A stretch of 62,893 nucleotides of DNA, the filler included, from Myxococcota bacterium (lineage in GTDB: Bacteria > Myxococcota > Myxococcia > Myxococcales > Myxococcaceae), in assembly GCA_049322255.1 (NCBI GenBank). It is 6 parts of 6 records of this genome, joined end to end, with 100 filler letters (N's around TTAATTAATTAA, not from the genome) between each part and the next. Parts side by side here need not be neighbours in the genome. Positions count along the whole stretch, not along the records: positions 27,705 to 55,170 come from JBMORE010000048.1; 5 more parts are not named here. One strand, given 5' to 3'. The notes below the pieces were generated by a model. It saw only the letters and a list, made by a program, of their open reading frames with translations, had not been told where the DNA came from and did no database searches. Below are positions 28,891-38,733 of this stretch, piece after piece. A program made the position numbers and the translations under genes. Numbering within the stretch: the stretch's first letter is position 1; the number at the start of each line of letters is the position of its first letter.

Positions 28891-30371
28891 GCCCGCTCCA
28901 CTGCGCGTTTCCATTTGGTGAGGTGACGCTCGCGCACCTCGGGGCTCATCTTTGGTTTGAAAATTTTGTCCGGCCGCCAGGCGCGGCGGATTTCCTCCGG
29001 GCTCTGCCACACCCCGGCGCCCAAGCCGCCCAAGAAGGCCGCTCCCAGGCTGGTGGTTTCCAGGTTCTTCGGCCGCACCACCGGAATGCCGAGCACGTCG
29101 GCCTGGAACTGCATCAACAGGTCGTTGGCCGACGCCCCTCCGTCGACGCGGAAGGAGGTGATGTCCCTCCCCGAGTCCTTTTTCATCGCCTCGGCGAGGT
29201 CGTGAATCTGCAGCGCCATGCCCTCGAGCACCGCCAGCGCCAGGTGCGAGGCGGTGGTGGAACGGTCGATGCCGGCGAACAACCCCCGCGCCTCGGGCCG
29301 CCAGTGCGGCGCCCCCAACCCCGCCAGCGCGGGCACGAAGACCACTTCGCCCGTCTCCTTCACCTTCGCGGCGAGCTTTTCGATGTCCGAAGCCTGGCGA
29401 ATGATTTTCAGCCCGTCGCGCAGCCACTGCACCGCGGCGCCGGCGATGAAGGCCGAGCCCTCCAGCGCGTAGCTCACCTTCCCGCTCAGCTTCCACGCCA
29501 CAGTGGTGAGGCAGCCGGCCTGCGAGGGCAAGGGACGCTCGCCGATGTTCATCAAAAGAAAGGCGCCGGTGCCGTAGGTGCACTTCGACTCGCCGGGGGA
29601 AAAGCAGGCCTGCCCGAAGAGCGCCGCCTGCTGGTCGCCCGCCATCCCCGCCACCGGAATGCCGTCGGGCAAAACCTTCATCCCCCGGGTGGTGCCGTAC
29701 ACCTCAGAGGAAGCGCCGATGCGCGGCAGCACCGCCGCGGGCACGCCGAAGAGGGCACGCATCGAGTCGCTCCAGGAGAGCGTCTCCAAATCCATCAACA
29801 GAGTGCGGCTGGCGTTGGAGACGTCGGTGACGTGCGCCTGCTTGCCAGTGAGGCGATAGACGAGCCAGGTGTCGATGGTGCCAAAGCACAGCTCGCCGCT
29901 CTCCGCGCGCGCCAAGGCGCCCTTCACCTGCTCGAGCAGCCAGGAGAGCTTGGTGCCCGAGAAGTAGGGGTCGAGCACCAGCCCGGTGGTGGCGCGCACC
30001 TTGGGCTCCTCGCCCCGCGCTTTCAGCTCGGCACAGCGGGTGGAGGTGCGCCGGTCTTGCCACACGACGGCCTTGTGCAACGGTTTGCCACTGTCGCGCG
30101 CCCACAGCCCGGTGGTCTCCCTCTGGTTGGTGATGCCGATGGCTTCGACTTGCTTTCCTTTCAGCTCCGCCGCCGCCAGCGCGCGGGCGATGCAGCTTTG
30201 AGTGGACGACCAGATTTCCTCCAAGTCGTGCTCCACCCAGCCCGGCCGGGGAAAGTACTGGCGGAGCTCGCGGTAGGCGCTGCCCAGAACGCGCAGGCGG
30301 GAATCGAGGATGACCGCGCGCGTCCCCGTGGTGCCCTGGTCGATGGCCAGCACGTACTTGGTCTTCGGCAT
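28887..30371 (-). CDS. glpK: Glycerol kinase
   Basis: IDQGTTG, GITNQRETT, DPYFSGTK, GDQQAALFGQ, TYGTG, YALEGS. Confidence 0.97.
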   Translation of the reverse strand: MPKTKYVLAIDQGTTGTRAVILDSRLRVLGSAYRELRQYFPRPGWVEHDLEEIWSSTQSCIARALAAAELKGKQVEAIGITNQRETTGLWARDSGKPLHKAVVWQDRRTSTRCAELKARGEEPKVRATTGLVLDPYFSGTKLSWLLEQVKGALARAESGELCFGTIDTWLVYRLTGKQAHVTDVSNASRTLLMDLETLSWSDSMRALFGVPAAVLPRIGASSEVYGTTRGMKVLPDGIPVAGMAGDQQAALFGQACFSPGESKCTYGTGAFLLMNIGERPLPSQAGCLTTVAWKLSGKVSYALEGSAFIAGAAVQWLRDGLKIIRQASDIEKLAAKVKETGEVVFVPALAGLGAPHWRPEARGLFAGIDRSTTASHLALAVLEGMALQIHDLAEAMKKDSGRDITSFRVDGGASANDLLMQFQADVLGIPVVRPKNLETTSLGAAFLGGLGAGVWQSPEEIRRAWRPDKIFKPKMSPEVRERHLTKWKRAVERA

Positions 30372-30454
30372 CGCTTCCACCTCCAAGAAGGCGCGCGAGC
30401 CTAGCCGTAGTCCGAGAGGGCCCCATGAAAAAAGGGGCCTTGATTGACCGCGTT

Positions 30455-33400
30455 CTACCGAGCTCTACCGAGCATCAGGCCCGCGCGAGCTGCAAGGGCA
30501 AGCAGCAGCACACCAAAGACGAAGGGCACGTCGCCGGGGCCGGAGCAGCCGCAGCTGCCGACGACCTCCTCGGGTGGCCCGGATGGGGGCACCACCTCTT
30601 CGGAAGCAGTGAAGCGCACCGCCTCGCTGCGGGTGAAGTGGCCGGCAGCGTCGAACGCGATGGCCACCACGGAGTGCTCGCCCGCGCCCACCTCCAGCGG
30701 GTGCGTCCAGGGGGCAGCTGACAGCTCGGCCACCACCGCACCGTCGACCTCGAGCTGCACCTGAGTGACGTCGACGTCGTCTGATGCCTCGGCGGTGAGC
30801 CACAGCATCAGTCCCGTCGTCTCTCCCTCGGTGGGGCTGGTGAGCCGCACCGTCGGAGGGCTGGTGTCGATGGGGGCGCTCTCGATGAGAATGGGTACCC
30901 CGTCGCTGATGGCCGTGTTCCCCGCGGCGTCCGAGGCTCTCGCCGTCAAGGTGTGGGGGCCGACAGTCAAGGTCGCGGCGTCGACCATCAGCTCGAAGGG
31001 CGCGGTGGACATCTCTCCCAGCTTCTGCGCGTCCGCGAAGAGCTCTACGAGGACGACCCCGACGTTGTCCGTGGCGGTGGCGGCAATGCGAAAGACGCCC
31101 TGCGGACGCGCATTCGCCACCGGCGAGGTCAGCTGAACAGCCGGGGACTCGGTGTCGGGCGCGTTGCCGATGGTGATTTGCGCCGTGGCCGTCAGGCCCG
31201 CTCCGGACACGGTGAGGTTGAAGGGGCCTCCCGCGGTCGCGCCCGCGGTGAACAGACCTGTGGCATCCACCACGCCTCCGCCGGCAACCGACCAGATCAA
31301 CGTCGGCTGGGCAGCGAGCGGCGCATTGAATTGGTCTTGCACGGTGGCGGTGAAGCGCTGCGTGTTGCCGACCTGCAAGGAGACCACGGTGGGTTGGAGC
31401 TCGATTCTCGTGGGCGTCGCCTGCACCTCCACCGCCACCATGCTCGTCACCGTATTGCCCGCTCCGTCCGCCACGGTGACGAGGAATTGGTAGTCACCCG
31501 CCGTGGTGAAAGTGGCCGTGGTGTCCTTCGCCGCGTTGGCGTCGTTGACCGAGAACGTCACCGGCGCCGGGCCCAGGGGGCTCGTCCAGCGGTACACCAA
31601 ACCCGCCTCTCCGGCGTCGTCGGTGGCACGCACCGAGAGCGCGGTGGTGATGCCGACGACGGGGCTTGGGTTCGCGGAAGCTGCGGAGGTGATGGTGGGT
31701 GCGCCGAGGCCGCTGACTTGAACGAGCGCGGAGGCGTTGCGCCCCGCGACGCTGGCGTTCACGGTGTGGGGGCCTCCGGGCGTTGGGCCGGCGGTGAACA
31801 AGCCCGTGGTGCTGATGGTGCCGCCGCCGCTCACCAGCCACGTCGGGCTGCCGGCGAACATGGCTCGGCCGAACTGGTCGCGCAGCTGTGCGGTGAACTG
31901 TTGCGTCAACCCGGTGATGACGTTCGCCATGGCGGGGGTGACGGTGAGGGCGGAGGCGGCCTGCTGCACCAGCACCGTGGTCGAGGTGCGCACCGAGAGA
32001 CCCCCGGGGTCTTGAATGACGCACTCGAAGGTGTAGCTGCCCGCGCCGCTGAAGGTGGCGGTGATGTTCTTGGCGCCGTTGGTGCCGTTGCCGCTGAACA
32101 GCACCGGGTAGAGGCTGGCCGCTCCGGCCGCGCTCCAGCTGTAGGTGAGGCTCGCTTCGCCGCCGTCGTCCGCACCCAGAGCAGACAGCTGGGTGGTGGT
32201 GCCGCTGGCGACCGGGCTCGGGCTGGCGGCGGCCGCAGTCACCACCGTCGGCGGCAGGTTCACCACGGTGGTGGAAAAGTCGTTGTTGGTGAGGTCGGCG
32301 TTCGTCACCGTCACCGACAGCGTTGCCGGCACGAAGGTGTAGCCGGCAAGCACCGGCGTCAGCGTGTACGTTCCCGGGGGAACGCCCACCAGGGTGTAGC
32401 GCCCCAAGCTGTCCGTCGTTGCCCCGCGGGCGCCGTCGCTCACCGTGACGCCCGGCAAAGGAGTGCCGCCGGTTCGCACCGTGCCCTGCACCAAATATGT
32501 CGTCGTCATCGCCACGTCGAAGTTGAGGTTGTTCTTGCTTTGGCTGGAGACAGTGATGGGGTTGGTGAAGTTCTGGGGCGTGAGCGTCACCCCCGGCGAG
32601 GTAGCGACGAGGTTCCACGAGCCGTTGGGAACGAGGCTCAAGAAGTAGGTCCAGTTCGCCCCTTGGCGCATCGCGGTGACGGTGCGCACCCCGTCGGTGA
32701 CCACGGGCGCGGTGGTGACTGAGCCAGGGAGGGCGCCGGACAACACCTGCCCGGCGGCGTAAAAGTTCATCCCGGTGACGTTGCCGCCGATGACGTCCAG
32801 CGGGTTCACGAAGCTCGCGATGAATTGCCAGCCCGGCGCGGTGGCGCTGAGCGTGTGGCGCCCTGTCGGTACACCAGTGAGGGTGTAATCGCCCGAGGCG
32901 TTGGTGGTGGCGGTGCGCACCCCGTCGCTCACCGTGACACCCGAGCGGCCCACCACCCCGACGGTGACACGGCCCTGCACGCTGTATCCGGCGACGCGCG
33001 TGGCGGTGAAGTCGAGCATCGTTTGGTTGCCCGAAACAGCGAGCGGCGCGGCGAAGCTGCGGGTGAAGGTGTAGTCGAGCTTGGCCGCGTTCACTGTGAA
33101 GTTGCCCGCGGGCACGTTGGTGAGCAGGTAACGGCCGTCGGAGGTGGTGAAGGTTTCGCGGGTGCCGTCAGTGACGCGCACTCCCTCCAGCGGCGCGGAG
33201 CCCTCGAGAACGGTGCCGGCGAGGGTGAAGTTGGCGGGGGTACCGACGGTGAGGGCGACCGAGGCACTCGTTCTTTGCCCCTTCATGTCGCTGACGGTGC
33301 AGCGCACGTTGTACACGCGCTGGGCCGACCAGCTCTTGGTCACCGTCGCCGCGTTGGGGCCGAAGGTGTTGTCGTCGTACTCCCAGAAGTACGCCAGCGA

Positions 33401-35278
33401 ATCTCCGTCGGGGTCGCTGGCGGTCGCGGTCAGCGTGACGGAGGCGCCCGACGAGGGCGTGGAGTCGCTCGCGCTCAGCGTGAGCACCGGCGCGCCGTTG
33501 GCGGGGAAAGTGCCGCGGTTGACCACCACGTCGAGAGACTCGGGCGTGGTGCCGCCCTTGCCCACGGGGGTGATGTGGATGCCGGCGAGCGCGTCGGAGA
33601 AGGTGCGCCCGATTCTCAAAGGGGAGTCGTTGCGGTCGTTGTCGCCCGGGGTCATGTCGAGCAGGTGACTGGCGGCGTTGGTCGGATAACCCCAGTTGAT
33701 GGAGGCGCCATTTTGCAGCGCGTCGTTGCTGAAGGCGGGGCGGAACTCGACCCAGTAGTCCTTCGAAGAATCGCGCGGCACCTTGAGGCCGTGGAGCCCC
33801 GAGGAAATCGCCGACTCGAGCGCGAAGACACGAAAGGTGCCGCTGGCGGTCGCCACGCCGGTTTCGGCGCTCGCTATCCAATCGAAGCGGCGCTTGAACC
33901 ACGCGTTGAAGTGGCGGGTGCTGCCGCCGCTCGCGCCCATGACGTCGAAGGGGTTGCCGTACTCCTGATTCGTTCCCGGGCCGATGACGCTGAGGTTCGA
34001 CGTGTTCCAGGCGTTGGCGTGGAAGACACCGTAGTTGTGACCGAGCTCGTGCGCCGTCACGCTCTGGTTGAACGTGCCGTTGAGCCACGCGCCCTTCGAG
34101 CCGACGTAGCCACGGCCAGCCCAACCGGAAAACGTGGAAGCAAAAGCGATGATGTCCAGGTTGTAGTTGCCCAATACGTAGCCGGCGGTGGTCGCGGCGG
34201 CGAGCGCGTCGCTCCGCAGCAACAGGTATTGCTCCCCCGCCTGGTACTCGGCCCGGGTCTTGGGCAGCCGCAAGGTCGGTGTCACCGTCGCCGACAGCGA
34301 GGTCTTGCCGTAGGAATTGGCGACGAAGAAGTCGTTGACGGTGGTGTCGATGAGCGTCTGCGCGGCCGATGAAGAAAGCGGGTCGCCGGCGCGGTCGGAG
34401 AAGTCGACGCGGATGAAGAGCACCGTCTTGGGGCCTTCGGTCCAGCTCGAAGCCGGGGGCAAGCCTTCGTCGACGGCGGCGGCTTCTTCTCCGGCGGCGA
34501 GGGTGCCGTCCCACGCGTCCGCATGAAGCGGGTTGCAGAAGGCGTACAAGACATCGCCGCCATGAAAGAGGTTTTCCGGCTCGGCCGCCCGACGCGACAC
34601 CGGGCAGGGCCGCGGAAAGTCGATGGGCAGCGTCCGGGGCTCGCCCGGGAAGAGTCGGCGCAGGCGGCTGTCGGTGACCGCGATGACTCCATCGAGCGCG
34701 ACGCCGTGAAGACGAATGTTCGAGCGGGTGAGCTCGCCCAGCCGTTTCCCAAACACCCCGGTGCGTAAGACGCTCCGCTCGTCGTCGAAGGTGACGAAAC
34801 GCTCGATGGTGCTCGTGGCGTCATCGGTCCGCTCGTCACCCAACGCACCGATGACGTGCAACGTCCCACGACCGTCACGCCATGCCTCGAGGTGCGTGGC
34901 GATGGACTCGGGAAGTTGGGCACGCTCGAGTGGATTGAATGCCATCGACAGCGCGAGCTCTGGCTCCTGTAGAAGCAGCGCGCGCATCAGCGGGCGGCGC
35001 GCAGCAGCCAGCCGCTCGCCCTCGGCGGCCATCTCGTGGCGTTCCTTGTCGCTCCCGGAAAGAAAGCGTTCGAGCCAACGGCGGAGCTCGCGGTGGGCAC
35101 GAAGCGCTGCGTCACTTTCCGGGCGCTCCGGCTGAACGGCGACGGCGAGCTCCTGCCTCGAATACCCGGCGGTGGGCTCGTCGGGCGTGGAGCAGGCGGC
35201 GACCCCAAAAAGGCTCGCCACAAAGACGGCGCGACGACAGGACGGGCCCATGGGACGAAGGTGATGAGCAATCGCCAT
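30455..35278 (-). CDS. Large M11/M6-like zinc metalloprotease with PKD, carboxypeptidase-regulatory-like and Ig-like repeats and MYXO-CTERM-type tail
   Basis: Lipobox VAAC, HELGHNYGVFH, EYGNPFDVM, repeated GVTVSDG..TT...G.Y.L..VP.G, Ig-like repeats, GSCGCS + TM; start approximate. Confidence 0.88.
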   Translation of the reverse strand: MAIAHHLRPMGPSCRRAVFVASLFGVAACSTPDEPTAGYSRQELAVAVQPERPESDAALRAHRELRRWLERFLSGSDKERHEMAAEGERLAAARRPLMRALLLQEPELALSMAFNPLERAQLPESIATHLEAWRDGRGTLHVIGALGDERTDDATSTIERFVTFDDERSVLRTGVFGKRLGELTRSNIRLHGVALDGVIAVTDSRLRRLFPGEPRTLPIDFPRPCPVSRRAAEPENLFHGGDVLYAFCNPLHADAWDGTLAAGEEAAAVDEGLPPASSWTEGPKTVLFIRVDFSDRAGDPLSSSAAQTLIDTTVNDFFVANSYGKTSLSATVTPTLRLPKTRAEYQAGEQYLLLRSDALAAATTAGYVLGNYNLDIIAFASTFSGWAGRGYVGSKGAWLNGTFNQSVTAHELGHNYGVFHANAWNTSNLSVIGPGTNQEYGNPFDVMGASGGSTRHFNAWFKRRFDWIASAETGVATASGTFRVFALESAISSGLHGLKVPRDSSKDYWVEFRPAFSNDALQNGASINWGYPTNAASHLLDMTPGDNDRNDSPLRIGRTFSDALAGIHITPVGKGGTTPESLDVVVNRGTFPANGAPVLTLSASDSTPSSGASVTLTATASDPDGDSLAYFWEYDDNTFGPNAATVTKSWSAQRVYNVRCTVSDMKGQRTSASVALTVGTPANFTLAGTVLEGSAPLEGVRVTDGTRETFTTSDGRYLLTNVPAGNFTVNAAKLDYTFTRSFAAPLAVSGNQTMLDFTATRVAGYSVQGRVTVGVVGRSGVTVSDGVRTATTNASGDYTLTGVPTGRHTLSATAPGWQFIASFVNPLDVIGGNVTGMNFYAAGQVLSGALPGSVTTAPVVTDGVRTVTAMRQGANWTYFLSLVPNGSWNLVATSPGVTLTPQNFTNPITVSSQSKNNLNFDVAMTTTYLVQGTVRTGGTPLPGVTVSDGARGATTDSLGRYTLVGVPPGTYTLTPVLAGYTFVPATLSVTVTNADLTNNDFSTTVVNLPPTVVTAAAASPSPVASGTTTQLSALGADDGGEASLTYSWSAAGAASLYPVLFSGNGTNGAKNITATFSGAGSYTFECVIQDPGGLSVRTSTTVLVQQAASALTVTPAMANVITGLTQQFTAQLRDQFGRAMFAGSPTWLVSGGGTISTTGLFTAGPTPGGPHTVNASVAGRNASALVQVSGLGAPTITSAASANPSPVVGITTALSVRATDDAGEAGLVYRWTSPLGPAPVTFSVNDANAAKDTTATFTTAGDYQFLVTVADGAGNTVTSMVAVEVQATPTRIELQPTVVSLQVGNTQRFTATVQDQFNAPLAAQPTLIWSVAGGGVVDATGLFTAGATAGGPFNLTVSGAGLTATAQITIGNAPDTESPAVQLTSPVANARPQGVFRIAATATDNVGVVLVELFADAQKLGEMSTAPFELMVDAATLTVGPHTLTARASDAAGNTAISDGVPILIESAPIDTSPPTVRLTSPTEGETTGLMLWLTAEASDDVDVTQVQLEVDGAVVAELSAAPWTHPLEVGAGEHSVVAIAFDAAGHFTRSEAVRFTASEEVVPPSGPPEEVVGSCGCSGPGDVPFVFGVLLLALAARAGLMLGRAR

Positions 35279-35405
35279 GCCGCCTTCGCCTTTTGGCGCA
35301 ACGGCGGTGAACGCCCGAACTGCTTGGAGATTCAGCGCTGCCCACCCTGGCATGGACACGAGTTGGTGTGGGGTTGTCGCATTTCGCTCCGCACCGATTG
35401 AAGGG

Positions 35406-35421
35406 TCGCAACTATTTGCGA
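35406..35421. promoter_or_regulatory. Palindromic putative regulator-binding site
   Basis: TCGCAA-CTAT-TTGCGA upstream of the protease gene. Confidence 0.45.
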
Positions 35422-35452
35422 GGTGTGTGAAGACAGGACGGCGGCGTTCCGC

Positions 35453-36235
35453 TCACGTCCGCAGGCGGTCGAAAAACTCTCCCACCTCGGCGACGAGCAC
35501 GTTTTTCCCCTTGTCGCGGGGCATGACGTGCGCCCCTTCGGAAAGTTGGATGAAGCGCACCACCGGGGCCGCGGTGAGCCCTCGCGCCAGCTCCCGTCCA
35601 CCGTCGGCGGCCACCACTTTGTCCCGCTGCGCCACCGCGATGAGGGTAGGGGCGCGTACCTGCCCCATCGCCTCACGCGCCTTCTGCTGCACCCGCCACA
35701 GGTCGAACAGCCGCGAAGAGGGAAACGCCTCCAGCACCGGGGCCTGCGCGCGCGCCTCGGGGTCGTCGATGTCGGTGCCGTCTTTTGGAATCCACGGGCG
35801 CCATAGCTCCACCAGGGGCAATACTCCCAGCGCTTGCAGCACCCGCGCTGAAGGGGAGAGCAGCCGCATCGCCGGCGCCATCAAGCACAACCCATGCACC
35901 CGCTCGGGAAAGCGGGCGGCGAGCAGCACCGCGAGCAAGGCGCCCATCGACAGGCCGCCCACGAATACCTGGCGGAAATTTTTCAAAGAGAGCAGCGCGT
36001 CCTCGGCCGCTTGCTCCCAGTCGTGGTGGCCCACCTGGGTGAGGGCCTCGGGGGTGGAGCCGTGGCCGGGCAGGCGAATCGCCTTCACGTAGTAGCCGCG
36101 CAGGGCGAGCGCCTCACCCAAAGGGCGCACGTCCCAGGGGCTGCCGGTGAAGCCGTGCAAGAGCAGGCACGCGTCGTCGCCAGCGCCCAGCTCGAACGGG
36201 GCGGTCTTTTCGGTCATCACGAAGGGTCTTGTCAC
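35453..36235 (-). CDS. Carboxylesterase (alpha/beta hydrolase)
   Basis: LLHGFTG, PGHG, GLSMG nucleophile, D and H of the triad; start may be 36217. Confidence 0.9.
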   Translation of the reverse strand: MTRPFVMTEKTAPFELGAGDDACLLLHGFTGSPWDVRPLGEALALRGYYVKAIRLPGHGSTPEALTQVGHHDWEQAAEDALLSLKNFRQVFVGGLSMGALLAVLLAARFPERVHGLCLMAPAMRLLSPSARVLQALGVLPLVELWRPWIPKDGTDIDDPEARAQAPVLEAFPSSRLFDLWRVQQKAREAMGQVRAPTLIAVAQRDKVVAADGGRELARGLTAAPVVRFIQLSEGAHVMPRDKGKNVLVAEVGEFFDRLRT

Positions 36236-36276
36236 GAAGCTAGCAACCCGTGCCCCAAAAGCGATATGGACTTCGC

Positions 36277-36567
36277 ATGCCGGAACAGCCCAAGCCCCAG
36301 GAAATTCAGCTTCAGATTCAGCTCGACGAGGACATCGCCAACGGCAGTTACGTCAACATGGCGCTGGTGAACCACACCGAGACCGAGTTCACCCTCGACT
36401 TCATCTACGTGCAGCCGCAGCAGCCCAAGGCCAAGGTGCGCTCGCGCATCATCACCAACCCCAAGCACATGAAGCGGCTCTTGTTGGCCATTCAGGACAA
36501 CGTCGCCAAGTACGAGGCCAAGTTCGGGACCATCGAGCTGTCCGACCTCTCCAACCCGGTGCATTGA
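36277..36567 (+). CDS. DUF3467 family protein
   Basis: G.YVN...VNHT.TEFTLDF, RII..PKHMKRLL.A. Confidence 0.85.
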   Translation: MPEQPKPQEIQLQIQLDEDIANGSYVNMALVNHTETEFTLDFIYVQPQQPKAKVRSRIITNPKHMKRLLLAIQDNVAKYEAKFGTIELSDLSNPVH

Positions 36568-36570
36568 AAA

Positions 36571-37452
36571 GTGGAGCCGCTGCGCGAAAGAATGCAGCGT
36601 TTCGTCGAGTCGCTGCAGGAGGAGATTTGCGCCGGCCTGGAGCACGTCGACGGCGGCGGGCGTTTTCGCGAGGACCGCTGGACCCGCGAAGGTGGCGGCG
36701 GAGGACGCACCCGGGTGCTCGAGGAGGGTCAGGTCTTCGAGAAGGCCGGGGTGAACGTCTCGGCGGTGCATGGGGAGCTGGAAGAAGCCTTCGCCAAAAG
36801 GCTGCAAGGGACGGGGCGGCAGTTCTTCGCCACTGGCGTCTCCCTGGTGATTCACCCCAGAAACCCGCATGTCCCCACCACGCACGCCAACTTCCGCTAC
36901 ATCGCCCAGGGCAACAAGGGCTGGTTCGGCGGCGGTGCCGACCTCACCCCCTACTACTTGGTGGAGGAAGACGCGCGGCACTTTCACGCCACCTTGAAAG
37001 CCGCCTGCGACCGCCACGACCCTTCCCTCTACCCACGCTTCAAGAAGGAATGCGACGCGTACTTCTTCTTGCGCCACCGTGGGGAGGCGCGCGGGGTGGG
37101 CGGGGTGTTCTTCGAAGACATGGGCGGGGACTTGGAGAAGGAATTCGCCTTCGTGCGGGACGTAGGAAGCGCCTTCTTGCCCGCCTACCTCCCCATCGTC
37201 GAACGGCGAAAGAGCCTGCCCTACACCCCCGAGCAGCGCGCCTGGCAGGAGATTCGCCGCGGGCGCTACGTGGAGTTCAACCTGCTCTACGACCGGGGGA
37301 CGGTGTTCGGCCTGGAGACCAAGGGCCGCACCGAGTCCATTCTCATGTCCCTGCCGCCGCGCGTGCGCTGGGTGTACGACCACCACCCTCCCGCCGACAG
37401 CGAAGAGGCCAAGCTGGTCGAGGTCTTACGCTCGCCGCGCGAGTGGGCGTAG
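36571..37452 (+). CDS. hemF: Oxygen-dependent coproporphyrinogen III oxidase
   Basis: FEKAGVN, HPRNPHVPTTHANFR, WFGGGADLTP, RGRYVEFNL. Confidence 0.97.
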   Translation: MEPLRERMQRFVESLQEEICAGLEHVDGGGRFREDRWTREGGGGGRTRVLEEGQVFEKAGVNVSAVHGELEEAFAKRLQGTGRQFFATGVSLVIHPRNPHVPTTHANFRYIAQGNKGWFGGGADLTPYYLVEEDARHFHATLKAACDRHDPSLYPRFKKECDAYFFLRHRGEARGVGGVFFEDMGGDLEKEFAFVRDVGSAFLPAYLPIVERRKSLPYTPEQRAWQEIRRGRYVEFNLLYDRGTVFGLETKGRTESILMSLPPRVRWVYDHHPPADSEEAKLVEVLRSPREWA

Positions 37453-37473
37453 GGCGAGGCGGAACTGGCTAGG

Positions 37474-38733
37474 CTAGAAGCTCATCTTCTTGAGCTCGGA
37501 GCTCGGGCGCTCGACGTTCGTTTCCAGAAAATCGAAGTCCTCGGGCTTGGGCGCCGCGGGAGCAGGCGCACGCTTCTTGGCCACCACGGGCTTGGCGCGC
37601 TTGGGCGGGGCACGAACCGGGCGTGGCGGAGGAGGCAGCGGCTCGAGCAGCTCGACGGCGAGCGCGTGGGTCTCCTCGTCGGGGGCCGGCTCCTCAGCCT
37701 CGTTCGACGAAGGAGTCGTGACTGCCGGGTGCTCCACCATCGGAGCCGTTGAAGGAGCCGGGGAGGAAAGCCCCCACAGCAGCGCCCCCACCGAGATGAG
37801 CGCGAGGAGCGTCCCAGCGCCGGCGGCCAGCGCCACCGTGGGCAACTTGCGGAAGGCCACCCGCGCGCGCTGGAAGAGGTCGATCTGCTCCCCCGGCGGC
37901 TCGGGCTCGGGCTCGGCCTGTGCCGGAGGCAATGGGCGGGCGAACAGCTCGGCGGCGGCCCGTGCCGAGGGACGAGAATTCGGGTCTGGCCGCACCATGG
38001 CCGAGAGCAGCTCTCGCGCAGACGGAGGCAACGCCTCCGGCACCGCGGGCACCCAACCACCGTTGGCGATGTGATTGACCACCCCCAGAGTGGAGCTCGC
38101 CGAAGGGGGCCGACCGCCACCCGCCAGGCACAGCACCGCCCCCAGGGCATAGACGTCTGACGCCGGCGAAGCGGGCTCACCGCGGGCACGCTCGGGAGAG
38201 AGAAAGGGTGCCGTACGCACCAGCTGGGACATCGACCGTTCCTCGCCCCGCCGGTCGGTGAGCCGGTTGGCGATGACCAGCGGCATGTCCCACAAGATGG
38301 CCTTCTCCTGAGTGAGCAACACCGAGTCCGCCGAGAGCTCGCCGTGCACCACTCCCTGCGCGTGGATGGTGGCCAGCGCGTCGCAGATGTGGGCCCCCAC
38401 CGCGAGAAGCGGCTGCACTCCCAAAGGCTCGCCCAGCTGGGTGGAGAGCAGCCGCCCGTCGGGGAAATCCATCGCCACGTAGGCAGCCGAACCCACCCGG
38501 CCGGTTCGCCGAATGGCAGGCAAGGTGGGGTGGGCGGGCAGCTGGGTGACCGCCTTGGCCGCGGCGTCGCCGTTGGCTTCGAGCGGCAACCAGCGCACGG
38601 CCATGCGCATGCCCGAGTCGGCGTCTTCGGCGCAGTCCAACCGGCCGATGCCATTGCAGCGCAAGGGCGCACGGATACGGATTCGCGGATCGAGCTCGTC
38701 GCTCATCGTCTCTTTCCCGTTCGAAGTCGACAT
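37474..38733 (-). CDS. Membrane Ser/Thr kinase-like protein, probable pseudokinase
   Basis: Kinase C-lobe (SPE, SDVYALG, RP) present, but HGELSADS, WDMP and AVRW replace the catalytic motifs; TM and Pro-rich tail. Confidence 0.8.
   Translation of the reverse strand: MSTSNGKETMSDELDPRIRIRAPLRCNGIGRLDCAEDADSGMRMAVRWLPLEANGDAAAKAVTQLPAHPTLPAIRRTGRVGSAAYVAMDFPDGRLLSTQLGEPLGVQPLLAVGAHICDALATIHAQGVVHGELSADSVLLTQEKAILWDMPLVIANRLTDRRGEERSMSQLVRTAPFLSPERARGEPASPASDVYALGAVLCLAGGGRPPSASSTLGVVNHIANGGWVPAVPEALPPSARELLSAMVRPDPNSRPSARAAAELFARPLPPAQAEPEPEPPGEQIDLFQRARVAFRKLPTVALAAGAGTLLALISVGALLWGLSSPAPSTAPMVEHPAVTTPSSNEAEEPAPDEETHALAVELLEPLPPPPRPVRAPPKRAKPVVAKKRAPAPAAPKPEDFDFLETNVERPSSELKKMSF

Noticed and set aside
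30419..30439. GGCCCC-N9-GGGGCC hairpin after the protease gene
   Set aside because: Possible terminator, but there is no U-tract after the stem on the coding strand; too weak to call.
30800..33300. Repeated motifs inside the giant protease gene
   Set aside because: Diverged Ig-like and carboxypeptidase-regulatory protein domain repeats.
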